IMG/VR virus record: IMGVR_UViG_3300021426_000071
Span: 65,023-129,022 of that record
Source: a virus
Taxonomy: Duplodnaviria > Caudoviricetes
Strand: one strand, 5' to 3'
Length of the DNA stretch: 64,000 bases
Positions within the stretch are counted from its first letter, which is position 1. Each line of letters starts with the position of its first letter. Below, piece after piece: positions 33,801-44,400 of this stretch. The position numbers and the translations under genes are program-made. The notes under the pieces were generated by a model. It was not told where the DNA came from and made no database searches. It saw only the letters and a list, made by a program, of their open reading frames with translations.

Positions 33801-33839
33801 AAGAAGCAAGTCGATGTTAAGTATGAGGTGTGGATATAA
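30801..33839 (+). CDS. Baseplate hub/Tal-like tail protein
   Basis: Follows Dit; ~1010 aa with coiled-coil and collagen-like GVPGEKGE; start probably GTG 30801. Confidence 0.7.
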   Translation: MALIDMVHTQNGVIAVDSDAYGRSKEFSAYILNPARKPICRIGGITQFDIDLKFNDISEISFEVRRYVTDASTYEQVENPAYIYIHSFCEIYVPELGQKGFFIINEEPTIEATSTVDEFKTFVAQSYESVLQYENLVLFDINQGTVTSQEYNTGEKIRLYYPEKETHSLLHLALKDDYYGWRIGEVDPAIANLERSFSVDNQNVYAFFGSEVSTAFRCVFDYDTDHKLINVYSLETVGKNSNVYMSFSHMVHDLNIAPAVTDIYTVFNVEGADGLNINDINFGSSKIYNIDYPLSQVDEDLAERYRRFEKYRDDLRKQYAKISIDYADLMARKAAIEDRQPDSLLDNNWASPSYSLDELKLALENCKIIVEEIEREYTMPDGTIDYDDLDQHAEASQYYSYKNVAIPDLTSEITKRKASDVHAAKTVEQEFEFDLYGLNDLIAERQNLQNQIDVLIEGGYNTKKNTVSIDDVSYNEKYEMYVKYNEYIEKVDKMIKKKKAQVKELDKQMEALNDKRKYIAYLARLENHSFDQHLTTNTGSPIVTSDGQYLVSDLMSTEDLFFSREEIALIKTLYRESDYSDDNYLITELDDVASTINTQKELYEAAVKRLDIESHPQMSWTISSDDLFDMDEFRPLRDNLRIGDFIILDYGNVDYYSRRLNDDSHLIGEDGTPIIEEDGDDIASETEYEHAVKMRCVSFSFSGLKTFTDFSIMFSTMTNSKYQQNDYESILNDYITSKTNAISVRASSAAETAAGNIAASLIRPYIQILNAQIEKAEIQSASIQELEAVYGHFATLIVDYLKAEEADIKYATVDMMNVDLIQSRDGSSWWNLETGEMNLAGYTITVVTEYAVNTSPTTPPPDSAFAESDPPNTPPTPATGEYVWQRMVLVSGGTERHLSTPVCIQGVPGEKGESVVAVSGLSSEGLVLKNNKKSTTITITVQKGTTLITDMTTLRQEFGNDVKIFWYIKQMGDTAYTIIPENDSRIKNDGFALTVLASDIKKQVDVKYEVWI

Positions 33840-33881
33840 TCGGGGCGGGGCAACCCGCCCTATCGCAAAAGGAGTTGAACA

Positions 33882-36800
33882 ATGAGACTATTAGCTTCTG
33901 GACAAACTACAGTGGCGGATACGACAGACGGATATTCTGTTGTTCTAAGTCCAAATAATTATACATTCCAAGGCACGACTGATTCGGTGAGCGGAACACA
34001 ATCTGTAACCGCAACCGTAACTGCACATCGCGGTGAAGATGCAGTCACTGCCGATATTAATGCTTCGAGTATTACTGTGCCGTCTGGTTTTACCGTCACA
34101 AACGTAGGAACATCTCCTAGTGCGACGATAACTATTACGGCGAATAATACAGTTACGAGTAATGGCGGCTTTACTGTTCCAGTAGTTGTACATGACGGAA
34201 CTGATAATATAAATTTTAATCTGAAATTCAGTTATAGCATCGCGTTCACGGGATCAGACGGACGCGGTGTTTCTTCTATTACGGATCAATATTGTCTGTC
34301 TACTTCGCAGTCATCTGCTATAGGAAATTGGGTAAACGAATTGCCCCCATATCAGACTGGCAGATACTATTGGACTCGTCAGCATATTGTGTATAGCGAC
34401 GGATCAGATGAATACACAGATGCTGTTTATGACGGGGCTTTAACCACGGCGAATGGCAATGCTTATGACGCTGCACAGGCTGCGGCTGCGGCTCAAACAC
34501 AGGCTGGACGCGCCGAGACTGCGGCGAATAATGCTGTCGCCAGCGCCGGACGTGCTGAAACTGCGGCAGCTACAGCGGAAACTAATGCGGCACAGGCTAT
34601 TCAGGATGCGGCTGATGCTAAGACAGCCGCTACATCTGCACAAGCGGATGCGGCTGATGCAAAGACCGCTGCCCAGAACGCACAATCAGATGCGGCTGAT
34701 GCGGCAAGTGCGGCTCAGGCAGCGCAAGGATCTGCGGCAACTGCGGCTAGTTCTGCAAGTGCGGCTCAGACCTCCGCTCAAAATGCTGAAGCTTCTGCCC
34801 AGTCGGCTCAGGACGATGCTGATGCGGCTAGTACGTCTGCTTCACAAGCGGCAACATCTGCTCAAAACGCCATTTCTTCGGCACAGGCGGCAGAGACTGC
34901 GGCTAATGAGGCTAAAACAGACGCGGCTGATGCAAAGACTGCGGCGGGCGAGGCAAAGCGTGAGGCGGCGACCGCTACCAGAGCGGCAAACGGCGCTCTT
35001 ACCCAGCTGTCTACCGTTGAGGATGTTGTTGATGTCCTCAATTGGATTCAGCAGCATGGAACATATACAAAATCGACAGACACAGAAGTAGTTGCTGGCA
35101 AGTATTATTTTACACGCAGTGGCACTTCTCCGAATTATAACTATACACTTGTGAATAATCCGACGGGCAATCCATCCACGAACAACTATTATGAGTGTAC
35201 TGGCGTGGATGAAGCGGTGACGAATTATGTCACAACCCACCTTGCTCTTACTAATGACGGCCTTTATGTCGTTAAAGATAATCAAGGATATAAATTGAAA
35301 CTTGGAGCGGACGGCGCTTATGTCATTGATCCGACTGGACAGGTCGTGGCGACATATGGAGAGTCAATCTTCTTCGACTCAGATCGTCCTCAGCGGATCG
35401 GAAATAATAATGTTTATCTGGAGTACTATGATTCAGATAATGATACTGTGGCTGATGCTCTCCGCATCGTTGGTGCCAATATCACTCTGCAATCAGGACA
35501 GACTGTCGAGCAGAGTGTCGGCGCAGTTCAGAGCGATCTGGATAGTTATAAACAGACAAACAATGCGGCGGTTCAGGGCAATGCGACAGATCTCGCGAAC
35601 TATATTTCATCCAATAACTCCGCATTAGAGGTACTTCAAACACAGATCGATGGAGCGATTGAGACTTGGTTCTACGAGGTAGATCCAACTACTTCAAATC
35701 CTCCCGCATCCAGTTGGGATACAGATGATAAGAAGAAAACTCATCTTGGAGATCTTTACTACAATACTGCTACTGGTCATGTATTTAGGTGGCAGAAATC
35801 TGGATCGACATATTCATGGACTGAGATTCAGGATATTGACGCTACTAAAGCATTGGCGGATGCGGCAAAGGCCCAGACTACCGCGAACAACAAGCGCCGC
35901 GTATTTGTCACCACTCCTACTCCCCCATATGATGTTGGGGATCTTTGGGTAGGCGGATCTAACGGTGATATAAAGAGGTGCGCGACAGCAAAAGCGGATG
36001 GTCAAAGTTATGCAGCCGGAGACTGGGTGCTTGCGAGTAAATATACAGATGACACTAAAGCAAATGCTGTAGAAACCGCGCTGAATAATTATAAGACAAC
36101 TGTTTCTAACACATATGTTACCAATACCACTTTTGAGACTCGCGCCGAGTCAATTGAAGGTCAGGTTTCATCTGTTGAGACAACGACAAAAGCTTATGCA
36201 GATGATTTAATTGAACAAGAAGTTATTGATCGCAATGCGGCTATTAAAGCTAGCTCTGATGCAATTACTCTTGCTGTTGAACAAGTGCAGACCAATTTAG
36301 ATACATTTATTAATCCTATTGCCGAAAAAGAGTATACAGATGTTGTTATCTCAGCCAATAATGATCAAGCTGGATGGCTGTATTTTGCATCAGTAAAACC
36401 TATAAATTACTATACGCCGTGGAGAATTAAATATAAGGTATATTCTTCAATTGACGATTTAAATGATGGCAATCAATATTCAGAAGTAATGATTGAGGGT
36501 GCAAAGAATACATATTATTCTTACCAAGTATATAATATGATTTCTAATACAACATATCGCCCAATATATGGTCATGTATTATATACATTAAACGATGTTG
36601 GTGTACAATCTGGATACGGACATTTATTTGGTATTAGATTTCAAAGTGCATATTGGCCTGATTTAACATATTCGCGCACGATTAAAATTGAGGTTATAGA
36701 AGCAGAGAACTGTACTCCAACATTATTTGACAGCATGTCTGTATATACCAATATTACTGGATATGGATCGACAAATTATTATGCCCGTTATGCATTTGAT

Positions 36801-39800
36801 GGGACTACACAAGGATATTCGCAATCTGGAGACCGTAACGAAACTAATACGGTTATTAATAATTTTTATGGTAGAACTGGTGCGGTTGGCTTTTGGGCAA
36901 TGTCTTTGGTGATGCGCGATGGACAGGGCACTTATCAGGGTATTTGTACCGCCGCAGATGGCACCGTTACATCTGGAAATAGAACAACTGCAACAACCAA
37001 AAAAGCAAGCACTAATGGTTTTGAAGTTGGTGCGTCTATTTATTTATTCCCTTGGAATACAGTAGCGGCGAATACCAATTTTAATCTTACTGCTTATGCA
37101 AGTTTTGGTGCATTAGATTCGAGATATTCTATTAACTCAACTTTAACAACAGGTTTCTTAACAATCGCTAAACCAATATATTTAGTTGGAACAGTTAATA
37201 GTAATGATGGTCTTTATTATCTCGATAATACGTGGTGGACACAAACTCCGACAACAGATGGAAAAGTTTATGTGTTAATTGGTACTGTTTATGATAGCAC
37301 AACTTCATATTGTAGATTTAATCTATTTGAACAAAATAGATGGTATATTTGCGTAAATGGAAAACTTGTAGATTATAATACAGCGTACACTAATGCACAG
37401 ATTAAAGTAACTTCTGATTCTATTAATTTGGAAGTATCAAAGAAGGTTGGCAACGACGAGGTAATCTCACGTATTAATCAATCCGCTGAGTCTGTAACGA
37501 TTGATGCGGCTAAAATCAATATTAACGGCGTAATCACTGCTGGCAGTATTGCCAAGACTGCCGATCTGCCGACCAAGGTAAGTGATCTTACAAATGATAG
37601 TAATTATCAAACTGCTTCAGATGTAACTACTACTCTCTCACCGTATGCTAAAACTGCCGATATTTCGAGTACATATGCGACAAAGTCTACGGCAAATCTC
37701 AGAGAGCAAAGAATATATATAACAAAAGCGAGTGGAACAAACAGCGTAGGTGCGAACACGACTTGGGTGACATCAACTTCTGATAGTCAGAATGCATGGA
37801 CGACAAAGCGGCCTACATATAACAGGGATTACCCAGTCCTGTTTACTGCAATTCAGTCTCAGACGGTTGCACAATCTGGACAAACAAGTTGTAGCTGCAC
37901 TACACCAATTAAAGATGATACATTAACCATCATTGATGGTGGTCATGTTATTACTGGCAGTATTGATGCAGATAAGATTGCGGCAAACGCGATCACGGCG
38001 AATAAGCTGGCCACGGATGCTATTAAGTCAAATAACTTCCAAGCATCCCAGAACGCATCTTCACCCTACTCAGCAACGGGTACATTCCTCGACTTATCAA
38101 ACGGCAGACTCTACATGCCGAACTTCGGCGTAGACGCGGATGGCAAAGCATTCATTAATGGTGAGATCATTGCCACAAGCGGTAAGATTGGCGAAGATTC
38201 TACAAGCTACTGGGAGATTGGAACACAGACAGATTATAACAATGAAGATTCTGCGGCATTGATCGGACACGGAACGTCCTTTATCCAGACAGGCGATTTC
38301 CAGTTATCGAATGGGTTACTAAATACACGTTCGTATACTGCAAATCATCAGATCACATATCCGAAATATAATAATACATACTGGGATTTTGGTATACAAG
38401 CTCCTACACTTGATACGACTACATCTAGCTATATAGCAGGTATAGACGATAATTTTATATATATTCGTAATCACGCGAATACAATTCCTTCATGGAAGCA
38501 GGATTGGAATTATCTCTATCGCGTAGATAAGAACGGAAATATCTATACCTCTGGACAGATTTATATCAATGGTCAATCTCTCGATCAGTTATATGCTTCG
38601 ATCTCAGATGTTGATAGTTCGTTCCTTCCGACCACAGGCGGTACGATTAATGGCAATCTGACGGTTACTGGCAGTATTAATGGCACTGCAACTAAAGCTA
38701 CACAGCTGACTCATACCTTGTCGATCAATAACAAGACATGGGACGGATCTTCAAATATGGATGTCGGCACACTTGGCGTCGCATATGGTGGTACTGGCGG
38801 TACGACATTTACAAGCGGTGCGGCGCTGATCGGTAATGGACAGGGAGCATTCCAGACAAGGGCTATTACAAACAACACAAGCGCGAACTATATAAGTGGT
38901 TCCACAAATCTGATTACGGCAAATACGCTGAAATTCTGGAACGGTGCATATGATTCGTCACATACTTCAAATTTGGAATATGTCAAGCTTGGTAAACTCG
39001 GCACGGTTGTTACGCACGATCTTGAGGATTTCATCACAACAGAGGGTGGAATCATTGATGGATCTTTGGAAGTAACTGATCTGAATGCCGGAAGTCTGGT
39101 GGTGACTGGCGCGGCTAGATTCACCAATGCTATCTACGGAGATCTGACTGGTAATGCAGATACCGCAGATAAGGTTAATCATGATCTGATTATTAAACTT
39201 AACAGCGGCACGACCGAAGGAACAAGTATGTTCACATTCGATGGTAGTGCGGCGAAGACAGTAAATGTAACCAAGTCGGCAATCGGGCTTGGTAATGTTG
39301 AGAATACTGCCTTGTCTACATGGGCGGGATCGGCTAATCTTACAACAACTAAGGTTGGAACACTTGCGGCGGCAGCTACAAAGGGTATTGATACCAGTAT
39401 TGCGGCGGCAAGTACTAGTGGCAATCTTCCTACGAGTGCGGCTGTTGCGACATTTGTCGAGGGAAAGAATTACGTGACCAGTTCTGGTGTAACATCTGTC
39501 AGGGTACAGGCGACAAGTCCTGTGGTGTCCAGTGTTAATACAGCGCAGTCTTCTACTCTTAATACAACAATCAGTCTGGCTGACGGATATGGTGATACGA
39601 AGAATCCATATGCAAGTAAAACCAAGAATTATGTATTAGCGGCTCCGAGTGATGCAAATGGTGCCCCGTCCTTTAGAGCACTGGTCGCCGCAGATATTCC
39701 TACGCTTGCTTCTTCTAAAGTTGGATTAGGAAGTGTGGATAATGCTAAACAAGTAAGGGCAATTACAGATACTTCAAGAACTACAAATAATCTCGTTGCT

Positions 39801-41936
39801 TGGGGTGCAAATGGTTACACAGTTGCTGATAGCGGAATTGCTAAAGGAAGTGTGGCAACTAAAGTCACTCTTGCAGGAACTGATTATACGGCTTCTTCAA
39901 ATGCGATCACAATTACACAGGCAAACTTACAAAGTGCAGTTCAGAGCACAGGGCTGGTTCTTATGACATCAGCAGAAAGATCAAAGCTGTCATCTATTCA
40001 GGTTTCTGAAGGTGGAACGATTGACTTTTCTGGTGTTACTGCAAGTTCTCCATTGACTGCTACTGTAGCTACAGACAAGAAGGTTAATATCACCCATAAT
40101 ACGAGCGGCGTTTCTGCGGGTACGTATAGATCTGTAACAGTCAATACATATGGCCATGTCACTGCGGGAACGAATCCTACCACGCTGAGTGGATATGGAA
40201 TTACAGATGCCAAAATTGCAAGTGGGGTTATTACTCTTGGCGGAAATACAATTACACCATTAACCGCTGATAGTTCATTGAATGCGGCTAAACTTACTGG
40301 TACAGCAAGTGTTGCAACTACTGGAAATGCGGGAACGGCAGATAAATGGAAAACTGCAAGAACTATCACAATTGGCAATACAGGTAAAACGGTGGATGGA
40401 AGCGCTAATGTCTCATGGACGTTGAGTGAAATTGGAGCAGCACCATCTAGTCATAATCAATCTTCTAATACTATAACAGAAGGATATTTAAACATCCATC
40501 CAGAAAATAATCCTACATTGATTCCGTTTATGAATAATGATATAGCATTTTTATTAAAGCGTGGCGGCAGTGCAGTAATAAAATATGATGGATCTATATA
40601 TAATGTTGATATATCAAATGTATTTGATGGGTCTGGATCATATTGGGCAATAAATCCAACTGGAATCACGGAAATAATTATTGAGTTAACGTTACATCAA
40701 ACAAAAACTTATACAAATTTTGTTTATGTAGATTTTGGAGCTAGTAATTGGAGGGCAAAATCTGTCAAAATAGAATTAATGAATTCGAACTTTGCTGATG
40801 ATGTTTGGAGTCAAAAATATAGCACTACCACAAATAGTTTGGGACATGCATATGTAAAAACATCCCATATTCCAGTAGGCGCTACTAGTTCCGGAAGCGG
40901 CTTTAATAAAATACGTTTTACTTTTAGTGATTGGGCTACGGCGAATATTTTTAGAATTGCCCAACTTGGTGTATATAATTTTGGTTCTGCTGGGCTTAGA
41001 GAGCCTTTCATGTCTAGAGGTATTGATGATTATGTTTTTAGAGACATAACTCCGAATACTAATAATACATATAATCTTGGATCTTCGGATAAAAAATGGG
41101 CAAATATATATGCCACTACTTTTAATGGCAATGCCACTACTGCAACATCTGCTACTAAAGCAACACAGGATGGGTCTGGTAATACAATAACTTCGACTTA
41201 TGCTAAATTGTCTGGGGCGACCTTTACAGGTGCGGTGAATTTTGCTAATGCAACATGGAATCTTGTTGGTGATGATGCCTATATAGGCGATATGAATCAA
41301 GGTGGTAAAATTGGCATTAAGGGTAAGAATGGTACAACAGGTATTGTGTTTGTGCCATATTCTGGGTCTACAAATAATACCATTTCAGTTGATGGTGCAG
41401 GCAATCTTACAATATCTGGAACAACAATTGGTACTTTCAGTGGTAATTTAACTGGTAATGCATTAACGGCAACTTCAGCAACTAAAGCCACTCAAGATAG
41501 TGATGGTTTAGTAATTAAAGATACTTATGCAAAGCTCTCAGGAGCAACATTTACTGGTGCAGTTACAGGCACATCATTCGGAGCATCGAGTTATTTAGCG
41601 GCGAATACTGGAAATAGTTCAACTGCTGGTGGTATCGCCCTTTATAGTACTTCTCCAACAGTATATGGTATTGCAATGCGTGGTACTAGCAATAGCGGCA
41701 AGCACGGATATGTACAAGGCGATTGGGCGATTTATAATTATATGACAGGCGCTGATAATCGTGGATTTGTATGGAGAAATGCGACTGCGGCAAAAAATAT
41801 CGCCTCTATTTCGAGTCAGGGTCATGCGGCGTTCAGTGGCTCAGTTACAATAGGTGCAAATGAAGCTAACACAAGCGGATGGCGGTTAGAGAAAGACGAA
41901 AATCTGGACTGTTTGAATTTTATTTTCGTAGCTTAA
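33882..41936 (+). CDS. Giant tail fibre/host-specificity protein (2684 aa)
   Basis: Ala-rich heptad region (~34450-35000), GSIDADKIAANAIT repeats, GNADTA/GNATTAT trimer motifs, and a duplicated ATSATKATQD...TYAKLSGATFTGAV block. Confidence 0.8.
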   Translation: MRLLASGQTTVADTTDGYSVVLSPNNYTFQGTTDSVSGTQSVTATVTAHRGEDAVTADINASSITVPSGFTVTNVGTSPSATITITANNTVTSNGGFTVPVVVHDGTDNINFNLKFSYSIAFTGSDGRGVSSITDQYCLSTSQSSAIGNWVNELPPYQTGRYYWTRQHIVYSDGSDEYTDAVYDGALTTANGNAYDAAQAAAAAQTQAGRAETAANNAVASAGRAETAAATAETNAAQAIQDAADAKTAATSAQADAADAKTAAQNAQSDAADAASAAQAAQGSAATAASSASAAQTSAQNAEASAQSAQDDADAASTSASQAATSAQNAISSAQAAETAANEAKTDAADAKTAAGEAKREAATATRAANGALTQLSTVEDVVDVLNWIQQHGTYTKSTDTEVVAGKYYFTRSGTSPNYNYTLVNNPTGNPSTNNYYECTGVDEAVTNYVTTHLALTNDGLYVVKDNQGYKLKLGADGAYVIDPTGQVVATYGESIFFDSDRPQRIGNNNVYLEYYDSDNDTVADALRIVGANITLQSGQTVEQSVGAVQSDLDSYKQTNNAAVQGNATDLANYISSNNSALEVLQTQIDGAIETWFYEVDPTTSNPPASSWDTDDKKKTHLGDLYYNTATGHVFRWQKSGSTYSWTEIQDIDATKALADAAKAQTTANNKRRVFVTTPTPPYDVGDLWVGGSNGDIKRCATAKADGQSYAAGDWVLASKYTDDTKANAVETALNNYKTTVSNTYVTNTTFETRAESIEGQVSSVETTTKAYADDLIEQEVIDRNAAIKASSDAITLAVEQVQTNLDTFINPIAEKEYTDVVISANNDQAGWLYFASVKPINYYTPWRIKYKVYSSIDDLNDGNQYSEVMIEGAKNTYYSYQVYNMISNTTYRPIYGHVLYTLNDVGVQSGYGHLFGIRFQSAYWPDLTYSRTIKIEVIEAENCTPTLFDSMSVYTNITGYGSTNYYARYAFDGTTQGYSQSGDRNETNTVINNFYGRTGAVGFWAMSLVMRDGQGTYQGICTAADGTVTSGNRTTATTKKASTNGFEVGASIYLFPWNTVAANTNFNLTAYASFGALDSRYSINSTLTTGFLTIAKPIYLVGTVNSNDGLYYLDNTWWTQTPTTDGKVYVLIGTVYDSTTSYCRFNLFEQNRWYICVNGKLVDYNTAYTNAQIKVTSDSINLEVSKKVGNDEVISRINQSAESVTIDAAKININGVITAGSIAKTADLPTKVSDLTNDSNYQTASDVTTTLSPYAKTADISSTYATKSTANLREQRIYITKASGTNSVGANTTWVTSTSDSQNAWTTKRPTYNRDYPVLFTAIQSQTVAQSGQTSCSCTTPIKDDTLTIIDGGHVITGSIDADKIAANAITANKLATDAIKSNNFQASQNASSPYSATGTFLDLSNGRLYMPNFGVDADGKAFINGEIIATSGKIGEDSTSYWEIGTQTDYNNEDSAALIGHGTSFIQTGDFQLSNGLLNTRSYTANHQITYPKYNNTYWDFGIQAPTLDTTTSSYIAGIDDNFIYIRNHANTIPSWKQDWNYLYRVDKNGNIYTSGQIYINGQSLDQLYASISDVDSSFLPTTGGTINGNLTVTGSINGTATKATQLTHTLSINNKTWDGSSNMDVGTLGVAYGGTGGTTFTSGAALIGNGQGAFQTRAITNNTSANYISGSTNLITANTLKFWNGAYDSSHTSNLEYVKLGKLGTVVTHDLEDFITTEGGIIDGSLEVTDLNAGSLVVTGAARFTNAIYGDLTGNADTADKVNHDLIIKLNSGTTEGTSMFTFDGSAAKTVNVTKSAIGLGNVENTALSTWAGSANLTTTKVGTLAAAATKGIDTSIAAASTSGNLPTSAAVATFVEGKNYVTSSGVTSVRVQATSPVVSSVNTAQSSTLNTTISLADGYGDTKNPYASKTKNYVLAAPSDANGAPSFRALVAADIPTLASSKVGLGSVDNAKQVRAITDTSRTTNNLVAWGANGYTVADSGIAKGSVATKVTLAGTDYTASSNAITITQANLQSAVQSTGLVLMTSAERSKLSSIQVSEGGTIDFSGVTASSPLTATVATDKKVNITHNTSGVSAGTYRSVTVNTYGHVTAGTNPTTLSGYGITDAKIASGVITLGGNTITPLTADSSLNAAKLTGTASVATTGNAGTADKWKTARTITIGNTGKTVDGSANVSWTLSEIGAAPSSHNQSSNTITEGYLNIHPENNPTLIPFMNNDIAFLLKRGGSAVIKYDGSIYNVDISNVFDGSGSYWAINPTGITEIIIELTLHQTKTYTNFVYVDFGASNWRAKSVKIELMNSNFADDVWSQKYSTTTNSLGHAYVKTSHIPVGATSSGSGFNKIRFTFSDWATANIFRIAQLGVYNFGSAGLREPFMSRGIDDYVFRDITPNTNNTYNLGSSDKKWANIYATTFNGNATTATSATKATQDGSGNTITSTYAKLSGATFTGAVNFANATWNLVGDDAYIGDMNQGGKIGIKGKNGTTGIVFVPYSGSTNNTISVDGAGNLTISGTTIGTFSGNLTGNALTATSATKATQDSDGLVIKDTYAKLSGATFTGAVTGTSFGASSYLAANTGNSSTAGGIALYSTSPTVYGIAMRGTSNSGKHGYVQGDWAIYNYMTGADNRGFVWRNATAAKNIASISSQGHAAFSGSVTIGANEANTSGWRLEKDENLDCLNFIFVA

Positions 41937-41941
41937 TTTCA

Positions 41942-41977
41942 AGGCATCGCGGGGTTCAACTCCTCGCGATGCTTTTT
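41942..41977 (+). terminator. Intrinsic terminator
   Basis: AGGCATCGCGGGG-TTCAACT-CCTCGCGATGCTT followed by TTT. Confidence 0.7.
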
Positions 41978-42023
41978 ATATAAAGGAGAAAAGGATTATG
42001 AAAAAGAAAGCTGGTGATGACCT

Positions 42024-43754
42024 ATCGGATTAAGAATATGGTTGCCCCTTACAGGGGATCTTCATAATCAAGGGTTAGAAGATGTAACCATTACTAATAA
42101 TGGTGCTACTGTTGATAATAATGGAAAGATTGGAAAGTGTTATTCATTTGATGGAAATTCAAGTCAAATAAGATTTAATTCAGACTGGATTCCCGCCATG
42201 CAAGGACATGATTTTACTATTGCATTCTGGGCATACAACAATGATGATGGTGATCGATCTGTTATGTTCGCAACTACTCCTACGAGCGGTTGGGGAATAT
42301 CAATCGAGAAAACAACAGGGAATACATTAAGAGTATATTGGCAAGGTAATCCAGATATTATAATCAGTGACTTTACACTGCCCGTTGGTGAGTGGGTACA
42401 TATAGCTGAGACATATACAAATAACAGCTTGTATGTTTATAAGAACGGCGAGAAGGTATATGAAAGATTGGATACTGTACTCGCGTCCAACCTGACAAAT
42501 ACTTGGAGTTATGCTGCCATTGGGCGAGATGTGCGAACTGGTAGTACAGCATTTAAAGGCAAGCTGAATGATTTTAGATGGTATGACCACGCTCTCTCTC
42601 CTCGCGAGGTCAAAGAAATTGCCAAAGGTCTGGTTTGTCATTATACGTTGAGTGGCATTGGGGGAGAGAATCTTAGTAATTTTAGTTCATACGCTAATAA
42701 CTGGAGTATGGAGGAATTAACTGGAACAAATTATACAGATGATGTGTATGGCAATGTAATTAAATTGTCAACAAGTGCAGCTTCAAAAAGAATGTATCAT
42801 AGCGTCTCTAATGTGTGGACAAGCGGACAAAAATATGCCGTCTCATTTTTAGCAAAGGCAGAATCCTCTGGTGTAACGTGTGATATGTCACGAAGTCTTG
42901 CTAATGTTAGTGAAACTTTTAGTTTGTCAGAGGATTGGAAAAGATATACTGGAACGATTACATGTACTGAAACAGTATCGGGTGGCACTCTTAGTTTCAG
43001 AATTTATCAGGCAAATGCAGTAGTTTATATCACGCAAATAAAATTAGAATATGGCACTATTGCTACTCCATATATTCCAAATTCTACAGATCCCCTCTAC
43101 ACTAAAATGGGTCTGGATGATGGTATCGAATATGATGTGAGCGGATACTGTCATAATGGAATTAAGACTGGGGCAATCACATATGATATAGATACTCCGA
43201 GATATTGGACGTCTAGCAAGTTTGATACAGGCATGGATATATGTGGTGATAATCCATTATCGAGTCCGTGCACACAATTTACTGTGGCTGGATGGGTGAA
43301 TCTTACAACAGGGTATGCAACTAATCAGGGATTCCATATATTCGGATTTGATGGAGTCTATTGCAGAATTTGTATAAGTAAAGATAATGCGGCTGTTCGT
43401 GTTTTATTGAGAGATGGTACTACTAATTATACTGGTAGTTCTGCTATGGCGGCATCTGCATTGACTGCCGAAAAGTGGAATCATTATGCCATTACTTTTG
43501 ATAATGGAACTCTTAAAATTTATATCAATGGATTACTCGATAGCACAACAACGGCGTCAATTACATCTGTGACATTTCCTTCTACTTATATAAGAATTGG
43601 GCGATACAACATAGAACAACCAAAAGGAAAAGCCTCCGATATAAGGTTTTATGTAACTGCTCTCTCCGCAGAAGATATCCTCGCGCTTTACAACAATCCA
43701 GTATCGCTATCATCAAACGGTGCTTTGCTGACACAAAGTGAGGTGACGGAATGA
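42024..43754 (+). CDS. LamG/concanavalin A-like and carbohydrate-binding domain tail protein; probable ATC start
   Basis: Two LamG-like units (W-x-H-I/Y-A-x-T...G-K-x-x-D-x-R-x-Y-x-x-ALS) flank a CBM-like unit ending KLEYGTIATPY. The frame opens after TGATGA at CCT ATC GGA TTA AGA ATA TGG TTG CCC. Confidence 0.75.
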   Translation: MGLRIWLPLTGDLHNQGLEDVTITNNGATVDNNGKIGKCYSFDGNSSQIRFNSDWIPAMQGHDFTIAFWAYNNDDGDRSVMFATTPTSGWGISIEKTTGNTLRVYWQGNPDIIISDFTLPVGEWVHIAETYTNNSLYVYKNGEKVYERLDTVLASNLTNTWSYAAIGRDVRTGSTAFKGKLNDFRWYDHALSPREVKEIAKGLVCHYTLSGIGGENLSNFSSYANNWSMEELTGTNYTDDVYGNVIKLSTSAASKRMYHSVSNVWTSGQKYAVSFLAKAESSGVTCDMSRSLANVSETFSLSEDWKRYTGTITCTETVSGGTLSFRIYQANAVVYITQIKLEYGTIATPYIPNSTDPLYTKMGLDDGIEYDVSGYCHNGIKTGAITYDIDTPRYWTSSKFDTGMDICGDNPLSSPCTQFTVAGWVNLTTGYATNQGFHIFGFDGVYCRICISKDNAAVRVLLRDGTTNYTGSSAMAASALTAEKWNHYAITFDNGTLKIYINGLLDSTTTASITSVTFPSTYIRIGRYNIEQPKGKASDIRFYVTALSAEDILALYNNPVSLSSNGALLTQSEVTE

Positions 43755-44389
43755 TACACAAAACTGGAATTATTAATGCGAGTGGGGATGAGATTGGCGA
43801 GAATCTATTAATGAGAGCAACTACAAGCGGAAGTTATGGTTCAAGTCCTATTGAAACAACATTTACATTTACTGGCTGGGATACATATGCTCAGTATAAT
43901 TTAGCAAATGATGAGATTAATTGGAATGATCACGTTGGTGAATATATTACTTATAGATGTTGGATGTCTAATGATTTACAAACAACGGGTACAGGGACTG
44001 GTATCATGCTCCATTTTCGATATGCCGATTCAACATATCAACAATTTGGTGGAGGCAAAGGAGGCGCGGTAAGTTCATATCTTGCGGAGGGTGAGTCAGG
44101 ATGGATCTGGCTAACTGTAAAAATTCCAGATCCTACCGTAAGAACAAACCCAACATCTATAATACGTGTACAAGCTAGCATCAGACACAATTCCAATAAT
44201 GGTGTATCAACGGTTAGAGTTAAAAATGGCAAGGTTGAATTTGGAACTGTCGCTACCCCTTGGACAATGAATGAAAATGACTGGGGCTTTGTTGGCAACA
44301 ACCACGGATTTATAGAGAGATTTAACGGCGAACACCCGATGAGTGTTTACGAAGGACATTATGAGATGGATGAAATAATTGAATATTGA
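43751..44389 (+). CDS. Carbohydrate-binding-type tail accessory protein
   Basis: GENLL...KVEFGTVATPW boundaries typical of phage CBM-like modules; ATGA overlap. Confidence 0.6.
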   Translation: MIHKTGIINASGDEIGENLLMRATTSGSYGSSPIETTFTFTGWDTYAQYNLANDEINWNDHVGEYITYRCWMSNDLQTTGTGTGIMLHFRYADSTYQQFGGGKGGAVSSYLAEGESGWIWLTVKIPDPTVRTNPTSIIRVQASIRHNSNNGVSTVRVKNGKVEFGTVATPWTMNENDWGFVGNNHGFIERFNGEHPMSVYEGHYEMDEIIEY

Positions 44390-44400
44390 GGTAAATATAT

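Noticed and set aside
34453-35091. 212-aa Arg/Leu/Met-rich alternative-frame ORF
   Set aside because: It is a shadow frame of the repetitive Ala-rich stalk of the giant fibre.
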